Source of the DNA: Octopus sinensis
Lineage: Eukaryota
DNA: 23,967 nt
NCBI RefSeq assembly: GCF_006345805.1
Contig: NW_021836503.1
Span: forward strand, 1-23,967
Reading direction: 5' to 3'
Positions 9,160 to 20,672 of the stretch are shown here, in pieces (within the stretch, counting starts at the first letter, position 1; each line of letters starts with the position of its first letter). A program made the position numbers and the translations under genes. The notes under the pieces are model-generated. The model did no database searches and had not been told where the DNA came from. It saw only the letters and a list, made by a program, of their open reading frames with translations.

Positions 9160-9345
9160 GTGTCGCTCAACCTGCTAGAAATAGCAGCAAATTCTCCCAT
9201 AAATCATAACCATCTGTCATATAAAAAAAAAAGGAACACGTTGGTTAATGTGATCCTGCGTTCCTTCTATATAAAATACGAATGAGATGACCATGTCAAA
9301 ATTGTCTGACCGCAAGTCTACTCGATCGGGGCTGACCTAGGGGTA
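9160..9345 (+). mobile_element. Degenerate interspersed repeat (SINE-like body, family D)
   Basis: CGCTCAACCTGCTAGAAATAGCAGC...TCGATCGGGGCTGACCTAGGG; I recognise this as a common repeat of this lineage. A related GGCTGCTATTTCTA fragment lies near 2862. Confidence 0.55.
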
Positions 9346-9563
9346 AGTACGGCCATTCTTATGAAGGTTGAAGCAAAACAGGTTTCCAAGAATGTTTAGA
9401 ATGCCCAGAATAATCACTACGTGCCTGCAAAAGTATGTTTAACGGTTTGTTTTCGAACAGATACCGATACTGTAGCAATTTCTTCCAGATCAACGCAGCG
9501 TTCTGTTTATCATGAAGTCTTTTTGTCACGTACGTCTCATCAGGTTAATAAGAACTGTGACCA

Positions 9564-9991
9564 CGTTGCTGGATGTTTATCGGGCCATTCTTGCGTGACC
9601 TACGTGTCCAGAAAAATCATTAGCATTTTTTTTTTTTTTTTAATTAAAATCCAAGTTCAGTGTAAATAAACACCATGATGCATTTTTATGTTGCTCTAGA
9701 GAAATTCAGAAGAATTAGCAGGAAATATTTTCAGGTGAACAAAAAATTCATTTTGTGGCGATGATGTCACGTATGTCACACATTTTGGATCCTCTTCAAA
9801 AAATTCACACATCCTAGATAAAAACTTTCTTTTGTTTAATATTTTTGCTTGGGCAATCAAAGTTTATTGTGAAAAACGAATCAATACAATTCTTGTAAAT
9901 GGCGAAGATTTAGAGCTTAGATATTTCATAATTTGTGTCTCAGGCTATCACGTAGGTCACGCAAGAATGGCCTGATAAACATCCAGCGACG
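9564..9991. mobile_element. Putative MITE / non-autonomous DNA element with 43-bp inverted repeats
   Basis: 9564-9606 and 9949-9991 are reverse complements at 41/43 positions; CCA lies directly outside both ends. Confidence 0.6.
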
Positions 9992-10004
9992 CCAAAATTA
10001 ATTT

Positions 10005-10377
10005 CTGACATAGACACAAGGTCAGAAATTTTGTGTATTATCGATTATATCAATCCCAATAATTGACTAATATAGTATTTTATTAACTTTAGAAGGTTGC
10101 AATACCAAGTTGATCTTGATGGGGTTTAAACTCAGAACGTGTTGACGCGGAACAAATGCTGCAAGTTATTCTACCCAACGCTTCATCAACCCAGTCTTAC
10201 CACCAAAACAGCGTTGAATAGCAGACAAATAACCTATTTTTTTACTACTCACAAGGAGCTAAACACAAAGAGGACAGACAAATGGATTAGGTCGATTACA
10301 TCGACCCCAGTGCGTAACTGGTACTTAATTTATCGACCCCGAAAGGATAAAAGGCAAAGTCGACCTCGTCGGAATTC
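10005..10377 (-). mobile_element. Two adjacent SINE family B copies (one degenerate about 10005-10205, one fragment about 10228-10377)
   Basis: Motifs ACTCAGAACG, GTCGATTACATCGACCCCAGTGCGTAACTGGTAC and ATCGACCCCGAAAGGAT.AAAGGCAAAGTCGACCTCG. Confidence 0.8.
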
Positions 10378-10542
10378 AGTTTAAGGAAGACATGGCTGTT
10401 CTTTTTAGCAAGTCGAAAAGCCATGTAAAGGTTTTGTCTCAGTAACGATGGAGATCAGCACGCACGTAATGGAGGCTTTCGATTGGCTAAAATCACATAA
10501 CTTTAAATGCTTCTAACTTCTTTATTATTAATTGTTATAATA

Positions 10543-10725
10543 AGGTAGAGAGCTTGCAGAATAGCTAGCGCATCGGAAAAAATGCTTACCAACATTCATC
10601 CGGCTTAAGTTCAAATTCTGCCAAGGCCGATTTTGTCTATCATTTCAGGTTCGATAAAATAAGGATCAGTTGAGCACTAGGGTGCCGATGTAAACGGGTT
10701 ACTCCCGTCCCTCAAAATTACGTAG
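10543..10725 (+). mobile_element. Degenerate SINE family B copy
   Basis: AGGTAGAGAGCTTGCAGAATAGCTAGCGCATCGG..AAATGCTTA..AGTTCAAATTCTGCC..TCGATAAAATAAG. Confidence 0.65.
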
Positions 10726-10789
10726 AACGAATTATCAATTTCTATAAAAACAAAACACAAAAAATAACAACAACGAATGCGATTTTCGA

Positions 10790-11166
10790 CATTAACATCT
10801 AAATTGTCACCCATAATTATGACCCTAGTATCGATCTATTGCATTTCAATCTGTTTTAGGGTTAGTTAGGGTTAGGGGTGGGGGAAGGGTATCTTTTTTT
10901 CTTCACAAATGTAAATAAACCCAATATGTTTCTTAAACGAGGGACATATTCATACAGCACAGAATGTTTTCACCTCAATAGACGTCATTGATTGGTTGAA
11001 ATTGCAGAAATTGAAGAAAAAAACCAACAAATATATAGAATTTTCTCAATAAAGCCAAGAGAAAAAGATGTTTTATAAACACATTCCACCAGTATACGAA
11101 GTTTAAAAGTGTTTAGGTACGTGAAAATTATTTTTTTAAACTGCCGGTCAAACCGAAAAGATCCCA
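10790..11166. repeat. Probable interspersed repeat containing TTAGGG units and ending in AAACCGAAAAGATCCC
   Basis: TTAGGG.TTAG.TTAGGG.TTAGGG at 10856-10877. The element-like terminus is recognised from memory only; left boundary uncertain. Confidence 0.4.
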
Positions 11167-11618
11167 ATCGGGTAAAAATTAAGAAACTTCAAATAGTTGA
11201 AAGAAATTTAACAAAATCAGGGCTAAACAACTACCCGCAAAATATAAATAAAAAATATATGTACGTTTTCACACCTAGGGACCTCTCGTTTAAAGTAAAC
11301 TGATATTGCAGCCCAACCTGCACCCCATTAACAAAGGGCTGTCACTAATGTTTTGTAAATTGAAATAACATAACTCTGTAAATAGAGTTGGAGAAGGGCT
11401 GAGTTATTTGATCAGCGGGGTGCACGATATGTGGACGCTAGGGTAGGGACGAGGTGAGGGCAGAGAAATGCGGGCAATAATGAGTGGATTGACTACTGAT
11501 CTGTATATACACCCGTCCAATGAAATATGTCTGACATTTCCGCTAGGTACTTATTAGCCCGAAGGAAAATGTATGTAAGCATGTATGTATGTATGTATGT
11601 GAGTGTGTGTAACATGGG

Positions 11619-11619
<1 letters not shown>

Positions 11620-11651
<32 letters not shown>

Positions 11652-11981
11652 TATATACATACATATGTATCTATATGCATACACATATATATATATACAA
11701 TTATATATGTGTGCAAGTATACCCGCATATACACACATATATAAATATACATGTATATTTATATATATACTAAAATATGTATTTATACATATTATATATA
11801 TACACTAAAATATGTATATATACATATATATATGTATATTTATATATATTGTATATGTATATATATATACATATATGTACATATATGTATATATAATATA
11901 TATATATATATATAATACATATATATATATATACATATTATATATCTATATCTATCTATTTATCTATCTATCTATCTCTCC

Positions 11982-12038
<57 letters not shown>

Positions 12039-12091
12039 GATATATGTAGATATATATGAACATATGTGTATGTATATTATAATATATATTT

Positions 12092-12123
<32 letters not shown>

Positions 12124-12203
12124 ATATGATATATATATATATATTATTGTATGTATGTATGTATGTATGTATGTATGTATGTATGTATGTATGTATGTAT
12201 GTA
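11620..12203. repeat. Compound (TA)n/(CT)n/(TATG)n low-complexity region
   Basis: Direct reading. Confidence 0.9.
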
Positions 12204-12779
12204 TAATCTGCTTTGAGTAAATGAATTAAAGGAACTATTCCAGACATACAAAACGGTAACCACGAGCTATGAAAGCTTCGCAGAATTCAATTCTCTAGGC
12301 GTCAACAAGTACATCTTTAACGATGGTCCGAGGTATTAATGTAAATATTTGTCGCAATGCATCAAAAATACGTCGTAAAACCGCAACTAACTAATTTACT
12401 GAATAAACTAAGTCTTTGAGTGTAATGAATATTTACGATGTACTTACTGTAAACAAAAGGATAGGCAAACAAGAAACAGTTTGAAAGATATATGTGTGTT
12501 AAAACGCACATAAACTGGGACACAACTGTGTTTCTGAAAACGAGCTGCTTTCATAATCACACCACGAGAATCATTGCTGACCGAGGAATAAATAAAATAA
12601 ATTCAATTTTACTCAGGTTATATACTTTCGCAGCCGCGGGGTTACAAGTCACAGGGTTGTTGATATTAGGTAAATTGCTCGTTATTCAAAATGTTATCTT
12701 TTTAATTTTTTTCTGGAGAGCAGCGTAGCACAATTCTCTTCAGTAAATACAGCAGTGTACCTTTAAATATATGCTTCAG

Positions 12780-12821
<42 letters not shown>

Positions 12822-12870
12822 TATATATTAATCAATATAAGGCTGGTTACCAAAAGTACGAATATATATA

Positions 12871-12911
<41 letters not shown>

Positions 12912-13006
12912 CGTGTAAATATGCATCGTTAGCCACTACACACATTTTTTCTCTCCTTGTTTTTTTTCGTAAACTTTCCCTATATATATATATATATATA
13001 TATATA

Positions 13007-13317
13007 CACCCTGATCACCGTGATCGACCTGGCTATCAGATGTTGCTACACATAGCTGGTCACAATGCACTTCGCTTTGTTTTAGCCTTCAAATGACGCC
13101 ACCCCGCTGGCTAAGTGAGCAGGCCAACAGAAGAAAGAGTGAGAGAAAGTTGTGGCGAAAGAGTACAGCAGGGACTGCCACCACCCCCTGAAGGTGCCTC
13201 GTGGAGCTTTTTGGTGTTTTCGCTCAATAAACACTCACAACGCCCGGTCTGGGAATCGAAACCGCGATCCTACGACCGCGAGTCCGCTGCTCTAACCACT
13301 GGGCCTTGCGCCTCCAT
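13007..13317 (-). mobile_element. SINE family C variant (same head, different 3' half)
   Basis: Head ATGGAGGCGCAAGGCCCAGTGGTTAGAGCAGCGGACTCGCGGTCGTAGGATCGCGGTTTCGATTCC. Shares the AGAGTGAGAGAAAGTTGTGGCGAAAGAGT block with family C, but the tail is distinct. Confidence 0.85.
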
Positions 13318-13340
13318 ACACCACACCACACACGCCACCC

Positions 13341-13379
<39 letters not shown>

Positions 13380-13639
13380 CATATTATATATATATAATAT
13401 ATATATATATATATACATATATTATATATATAAATAATAGTGATTGTTTCTTATTAGAATAAATGGTTAATAGGACTGCATTTATTATTGTGCTTGTCTT
13501 AATGAAATATTGTTTCATCCTCTGTGATTTTATGCATCTGTATTCTACGTATAAGAAAAAACATTATGTGATTAAATGTTCGAGATGTGATATGTGGATG
13601 ACCTTAAATTTGTTGTTAGTTCTACAACTAATGTTGTTT

Positions 13640-13752
<113 letters not shown>

Positions 13753-13873
13753 TAGAGGGCACTATTACACATAAATGCTACACACACTAAGAGGGACAAA
13801 GTCATTACTACCAAAATTACACTAATCATACCTAATGCAGTTCTTCAAAGCAAGAACATTTAAAAATGAATTT

Positions 13874-13941
13874 AGTTCTGTATCACCCGTGATTTCACAT
13901 TTAACGTATAAAAAATTACGTCTATGATCATCAGCAGAACT
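13874..13941 (-). ncRNA. Type I hammerhead ribozyme motif, three helices and canonical core
   Basis: Minus strand: agttctg CTGATGA tcat a gacgta atttttta tacgtt aa atgt GAA ATCAC gg GTGAT A cagaact. 7-bp helix I, bipartite helix II, 5-bp helix III with 2-nt loop, AUA triplet. Confidence 0.85.
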
Positions 13942-14100
13942 GATTCTGAACACATCATAAATAAACGACCAACTTTACCTGGCGAAGACGAACAGATATC
14001 TATTCACTCCGGCGAAGCACATGGAAATGTTTATAAATCATATATTCGGTAAATGGCGGGCTTTTTCGAACTGTCGGATAAGAAAAGTATTTCGGAATAA

Positions 14101-14246
14101 ATTTAACAATTAAGGATAACCTCTTAATAAGGAAAAATGAAAAAAATTATTTTCGAATTCTTTTCTCTTATGAGGTTTTTCACGCTAACTACCTGATAAT
14201 TTCTTGTTAAGATTCCTTATTAAGATTTTATCCTTAATTGTTAAAT
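14101..14246. repeat. 34-bp inverted repeat (foldback / MITE-like), 78-bp spacer
   Basis: 14101-14134 and 14213-14246 are complementary at 32/34 positions; the right arm runs directly into (TA)n. Confidence 0.8.
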
Positions 14247-14260
14247 ATATATATATATAT

Positions 14261-14310
<50 letters not shown>
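14247..14310. repeat. (TA)n microsatellite
   Basis: Direct reading. Confidence 0.95.
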
Positions 14311-14313
<3 letters not shown>

Positions 14314-14333
14314 GAAGCGTTCCATTCACAATC

Positions 14334-14376
14334 TGAACCTGATGAGTACTTAAATGCAAGAAAGTATACTAGTTTA
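14334..14376 (+). ncRNA. Type I hammerhead motif with decayed helix II
   Basis: tgaac CTGATGA gtac ttaaat gcaa GAA AGTATACT A gttta: canonical core, 5-bp helix I (one G.U), 8-nt palindromic helix III, CUA triplet; helix II pairs only 2/4. Confidence 0.6.
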
Positions 14377-14776
14377 AGGAGAATAGACTTTTATATTTAA
14401 TTTTCAATATTTCGTTTGTTCTATAAGACAATCAATACTTCATTTCATTTCTTTCTTACTACATATTCTATATTCTATATCCTATATCAATATCATAAGA
14501 ATATAAATAAAACATAAAAACAGACAGAGTTGGAATTCCTTTGAGTAATATAGTTGTGGATTTAACTTGGTGTATATGTGTGTGTATGTATGTATGCATA
14601 CATGTGTGTATGCGTGTATGTAATATATATAAATGTATATATATTTATATATATATATATGTGTGTGTATATGTGTGCATAATATATAAATATATATATC
14701 TACAGATGTATAAATATCTATATATAGGAATATATATGTATATCAAAATACGGTGTATATTTAAACACATAAGATA

Positions 14777-14883
14777 GGACATCTGACTCGCTAGAAGGAG
14801 TAGTTAAACATCAAACCACTATTAGAGGTAACCCCTACTAGTGGTTTGGAGTATAACTACTCCTTCTGGCGGGTCAGATGTCC
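14777..14883. repeat. 107-bp near-perfect hairpin / palindromic element
   Basis: Outer 30 bp: 28 Watson-Crick plus 2 G.T. Next 15 bp: 12 WC plus 1 G.T plus 2 mismatches. Inner stem closes a 3-nt TAA loop; no indels. Confidence 0.9.
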
Positions 14884-15074
14884 CGGTATGGCATCTCTTA
14901 TATATTTAAATGCACACTGTATTTTTATATGAATAATGTATAGTCTATTGACTAGTTTTTTTCTTCTCGCTAGACCACTTGTAACAAAGACATTTTCTAA
15001 ATTTGTTTGCTACCCTGGAATTTATTAATAATGTATATGTATGTATACATACATACATACATACACACACACAC

Positions 15075-15113
<39 letters not shown>

Positions 15114-15489
15114 TATATCCATATATATATATATGTACGTGTGTGTATATATATATATGTGTGTGTGAGCATGTATATATATATGTATATATGGATGTGT
15201 GTATGTGTGCGAGTGTGTATGTATGTACGGACATTTGGAATTATGTTCAAGTGTTACCGCCCATGTATGTGTCTGATTATTAGTATTGATATACGACGGA
15301 AATTCCAGAAGTTTTTTTTAGTTTTTTAGGAGTGGCACTTATAGCTGTCCCAGATTGCTGTAATTTTAGTATATCACTGCCATACATCTAATAAGCTGAC
15401 CTGGCAATGTTTGAAATATATGACCGAAACAGCACTTTGGTATGAATGATACGACTGTTGCAGCACTTTGAGCCTACCCTACTAAAAGC

Positions 15490-15978
15490 TGCTTCTCATA
15501 ATCCCATCCTGGTAACCAACTACTTAACAGATAAGCATCAGAATGATCCCTAACCCACTTTACAGCGTGGACCTTGCACCCTGAGACTTTTCTTTGTTCC
15601 CCAAGCTGAAGGAGAAATTAAAAGATAGTCATATTGAAGACATCGGGCAGATCATCATCATTGTTCGAACGTGGTGGAGACAATGGAATTTACAAGGTTA
15701 CGCCAGACTTCACGATCTATCATAGCATTACGTAGGACCTGTTGCGGGATGCCTGTATCCCTGGGATTACATCAGGCTAGGAGATGGCGCTTGTGAAAGG
15801 GGTACGGGATACCTTCTCTTTGGCGGTCTTCCTTGAAGCCTCCAAGAAGTGGCTGCAGCGTTACAGCAAGTGTATTGAAGTCAGAGAATCCTACTTTGAA
15901 GGAGTTTAAGGTTTTATGGTTCTTACGGATCTATGTCTCACCTGAAAAAGTCTCAAAACTTCTGGAATGCTCTTCGTA
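15490..15978 (+). pseudogene. Decayed mariner transposon 3' portion with right TIR and TA
   Basis: IRMIPNPLYSVDLAP*DFSLFPKLKEKLK (mariner HPPYSPDLAPCDF.LFPKLK motif, TAC at 15561) and FLEASKKWLQRYSKCIEVRESYFEGV* (stop 15907-15909). Terminus AAAAAGTCTCAAAACTTCTGGAATGCTCTTCG|TA. Confidence 0.85.
15651..15825 (-). mobile_element. 5'-truncated RTE-clade LINE 3' end nested in the mariner
   Basis: Minus strand, allowing one frameshift: ..AIS*PDVI.RDTGIPQQVLRNAMIDREVWRNLVNSIVSTTFEQ* followed by a (TGA)n tail, the RTE-type AM.DR..WR C-terminal motif. Confidence 0.75.
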
Positions 15979-16224
15979 TATGTTAGCGTATGGGAGGACG
16001 GAAATATACGTGGGAGTTTTAATACTGAACACATTATCAGTACACACCACACACACACACACACATACACACAAACACACACATACACACACTATCCTGT
16101 TTCTTGTTTTTTTTTTAAGAAAAATAATCTTTGGAACAAATTGGATATCTAACCAATTCCAGGTGAAAATAAAATTGCCAATTCTATTTGACCAAAACAA
16201 TATTTAGCATATGTTTACTGCCAG

Positions 16225-16665
16225 ATAATGCATACACATACACACACCACACACACACACACACACACACGCACATACACACACACGCACACACACACAC
16301 CACACACATACACACACCACACACACATACACACACACACACACACACATACACACACACACACACACACACATACACACACACAAACACACACACAACA
16401 CACACACACATACACACAACGCACATACACACACACGCACATACACACACACGCACACACACACACACGCACACACACACACTCACATACACACGCACAC
16501 ACACACACAAACGCACGCACACACACGCACACACACACGCACGCACACACACACGCACACACACACACACACACGACACAATTATGTACATACATACATA
16601 ATACACACGCGCACACACATATATATACACACATACGTGTGTATGTCTGCGTGTGTATACATATA
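16225..16665. repeat. Degenerate (CA)n array
   Basis: Direct reading; source of the HT/CV ORFs. Confidence 0.95.
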
Positions 16666-16921
16666 CATCTTTTATTTTATTAATTTATTTCTTTATTATT
16701 TTCTTTCGTAATACTGCGAAGAATGCAAAGCTAAAAACAAATGAAGAAGAGCGATGCTGACAACATCAATGGAACTAAATATTCCATTATCCTGTTATTC
16801 CATTATCGATTTCAGTCAAAGGCTGCGGCCATACTGGGGCATTGTCATGATATGTGTTATTTTATACTAAACTTTACTGATTTTCTTATCAATTATACAG
16901 CTAGGGTATTGACAATATACG

Positions 16922-17281
<360 letters not shown>

Positions 17282-17282
<1 letters not shown>

Positions 17283-18460
17283 GTTTCTTTATTGGCCACA
17301 CAGGGCTGCACACAGATGGGACAAGTTACAAGGTAGAGCTTTTCTTTTTTCTTTGGGGGATAAGAGAACAAAAAACAAAAGAAAAAAAGGGGTGGCGTAG
17401 GTTTTCGATCAAGAGGGATCGTAAAAGGGAAGAAAAGAACAAAAACAAAAAAAAAATTGAATAATAAAAAAGAATAAAAAGAGAAAAAGAAAAGAAAAGG
17501 AAAAGGAACAAAAGAAAGAGAATGAAAAAAGAAGAAAAAAGGGGGAAAAAGAAGGGGAAAAGGAAAAAAGAACGATCAATAGGGATCGTGTATCACAGTG
17601 TTATGATATATGGTGTAAAGGGGATGGCAAGTAAGGTTTATCCGTGGGAAGAAAAGCCTACGAAAAAGACCACGGTAACCTTGGTCAATATTGTTATATG
17701 TTACCACATTTGTTTGCAATGGGGTAACCCTCTGTTTTCAATTTCTGGTTCATAGGATTATGCTCAAGGTGGCTTCGTCATTCATACGTGTCATCCTTGC
17801 TACATTCACCCATCTTTTTTTAAAACATTCGCTAGACAAAACTTGCCTCTCTACTCTCACTTTCCTTTTCAAGTAGTACTTGAAGAAGTTGATGAGAGAT
17901 TGACCAGAGAGGAAAGTGTTTGTCCCAATCCTTTCAGACGCGTCCACCAGTACATTCTTTCGCCATAGCCACAAGGATGCTGAAAATAGCTCTTCCTTCC
18001 CGTTTGAAGGAGGAGGCGTGACAATATTGACGATAGATTCAGCTGATAAACCGACTCGTCCCACACGTGACAGCAGTTGGTCGACATAAGCCCACAGGTC
18101 GGAAATTGTTGGACACTGCACGAGTCCGTGCAGAACGGTTTCGTCGCTCTGACCGCATCTCGGCAGGTCGGCCCCGTGTTTCTCAAGCCGTGTCTGTAGA
18201 GCTTATCCCGAACGGGTAGCGCTTCTCGAGCACTGCCAGGCCAGGATCTCTGGAAGTTGTCCATGGGCCTGGCCCGAAAGTCGTCCCGAACAGGCGGGTC
18301 AGGTACTCCTCGTCGACGTCCAGGTTCGCCCCGAGCTCGTCGTCGTACCTCCCCTCCACTAATCCCCTATAGAATGCTTTGGTTGTGTTGAAGTCACTCA
18401 AGGTCGACCCGGGACGGCAGAGTTGCTTGAGAGCAACGCAACACTCGCGGTGCCAAGGCA
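17282..18460 (-). mobile_element. 5'-truncated Tx1/L1-clade non-LTR retrotransposon (ORF2 C-terminus plus 3' UTR)
   Basis: Frameshifted ORF: [50 protein letters not shown](P)RCGQSDETVLHGLVQCPTISDLWAYV..FFKYYLKRKVRVERQVLSSECFKKRWV, with a CX2CX8HX4C knuckle after restoring one base; stop at 17750. Pyrimidine-rich 3' UTR; AATAAA just before the (ATCT)n junction; GC-rich relative to flanks. Confidence 0.88.
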
Positions 18461-18805
<345 letters not shown>

Positions 18806-19292
18806 ATAAGTTTGTACTCTACCAAACGTTTTGTGTAATTCTTCAGTTTAATCTAAGATTGTATTACTTATAACATAAAAATAAAACAGACATTCATGTC
18901 ACTTATGAGGTTTCCCATGATTGCAACTGATAAAATGGAATCCAGTTCAACCTGTGGCATGTTCGGGTTGTTGGCAACTAAACCCCGGTATCCCTCACTA
19001 GGTTTTACTGGTAAGGAGGGTTCATAGAAACCCAGTATGACTGAAGGATGCATGAACTTAGTGTAGGTTCAACGACTATCTAGCAATAGCATTTGCCCTC
19101 AGAAATTCCGGTTTGGTGTCTGAAAGACCATGGGAGTGAGATACACCTTAGCTTCTGTTAAAGCACATCTCTAGGAGAAGGTCACTCTAATATAAAACCA
19201 GAAAATATATTATGAGGATCATTTGCTTGCGCTTGAGATCATGGGGTTCCCACATTCCTAAGTCTGCCACCCATATTGTCACTGGATATCTT

Positions 19293-19594
19293 GTTTGTTC
19301 CTTCTCGAGCCATGCTGGCTCATAAGGGCCGGTTTCCCGGTTTCTTAGCGTATAGGTTCCCCACCTGGACGGGACTCCGGCCCCTTGCAGATGAGCTGCA
19401 AGATGCAGGAGGAAAGAGTAAGAGAAGGTTGTGGCGAAAGAGTCAGCAGAAGTTCGCCATTACCTCCTGCCAGAGCCGCGTGGAGCTTAGGTGTTTTCGC
19501 TCATAAAAACACACATCGCCCGGTCTGAGATTCGAACCCGCGATCCCTCGACCGCGAATCCACTGCTCTAACCAGTAGGCCATGTGCCTCCACA
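19293..19594 (-). mobile_element. Full-length SINE family C with 12-bp target-site duplication
   Basis: ACTGGATATCTT at 19281-19292 and 19595-19606 brackets the element. Confidence 0.92.
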
Positions 19595-19888
19595 ACTGGA
19601 TATCTTTCCCAGGATTGTGTCTGGATTATGTCAATAGGGTGGAGAAGGTCTGTAAGGTACTGTGCAAGACTAATTGGACCTAAATTTTTAGGCCACGCAA
19701 TCGGCGGCGAAGCAGCTATGCTGTACCCCGTTAAGTAGGAGGAAGCCACAGCGAGCATATACAAATTATAAATAAATACATGTATCTATGTATATCTATA
19801 TATGTATGCCTATGTATATGTATATGTATATGTAAATGTGCGTGTGTTTATTTATTTTTATATTTATATTTACTTATAATTTAACCTT

Positions 19889-20034
19889 ATGTACTTTCTA
19901 AAATCTCTGACGAATCCTAGAGAAACAGCCAAGTACATCAATTTCATCTACTTATTACTCAAGTCTACTGGAGGGATAAAGGTAAAATGAGGTATTTTTG
20001 CCTCTTAGCTGAAACAGCTGTAAGATATTATCCC
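19889..20034 (+). ncRNA. Decayed tandem hammerhead pair (Penelope-like terminal repeat remnant)
   Basis: CTGACGA 19907-19913 plus GAAACAGC 19922-19929, bracketed by ATGTACTT/AAGTACAT. Second half GAA ACAGCTGT A agatattatccc at 20011-20034, with GGGATAA/TTATCCC and GAGG/CCTC pairings but its CTGA core missing. Confidence 0.55.
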
Positions 20035-20232
20035 AATTTATATCCCTGTATGTTACATTTTAATAATTACTGGTATCTTTACATATTAATATATTTTATA
20101 TGTAAAGCATAATATGTTATACATGTGTGTATATTCTTGTAATTGTCGTTTTAGTAAATAAGTAAATAAGTTGACATAATATAATGTCTAAAAGTTGACG
20201 AACCACCTATTGATCCCCTCCATTTTCTTATT

Positions 20233-20274
<42 letters not shown>

Positions 20275-20282
20275 ATATATAT

Positions 20283-20420
20283 GTTTTTATTATTTTTTTG
20301 CAATTTACTTAATATTCGGTATATTATTATTTTAATTTTAATATTTCTATTATATGTAATTTTCTAGATGGTGTAACTTAATTGTTTATTTTGAATTGAT
20401 AAAGGTGTTTTTTCTAATTT
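20283..20420 (+). repeat. AT-rich dispersed repeat, homologous to 2947-3092
   Basis: Long shared blocks, see 2947-3092. Confidence 0.85.
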
Positions 20421-20440
20421 ATATATAAATACTATTATAT

Positions 20441-20471
<31 letters not shown>

Positions 20472-20505
20472 TATATATATATATATAAATATAATATATA
20501 TATAC

Positions 20506-20672
20506 TACGGACTTCTTTTAGTTTCCGTCTACCAAATCCACTCACAAGGCTTTGGTTGGCTCGAGGCCAACCACTTGCCCAAGACACTTGCCCAAGGTGT
20601 CACGTAGTGGAACTCAACCCGGAACCGTGTGGTTGTGAAGCAAGCTTCTTACCACACAGCCACTCTTGCGCC
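20506..20672 (-). mobile_element. SINE family A 5' half
   Basis: Reverse complement of head and central domain (GTTTCCGTCTACCAAATCCACTCACAAGGCTTTGG..ACCACACAGCCACTC). Confidence 0.88.
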
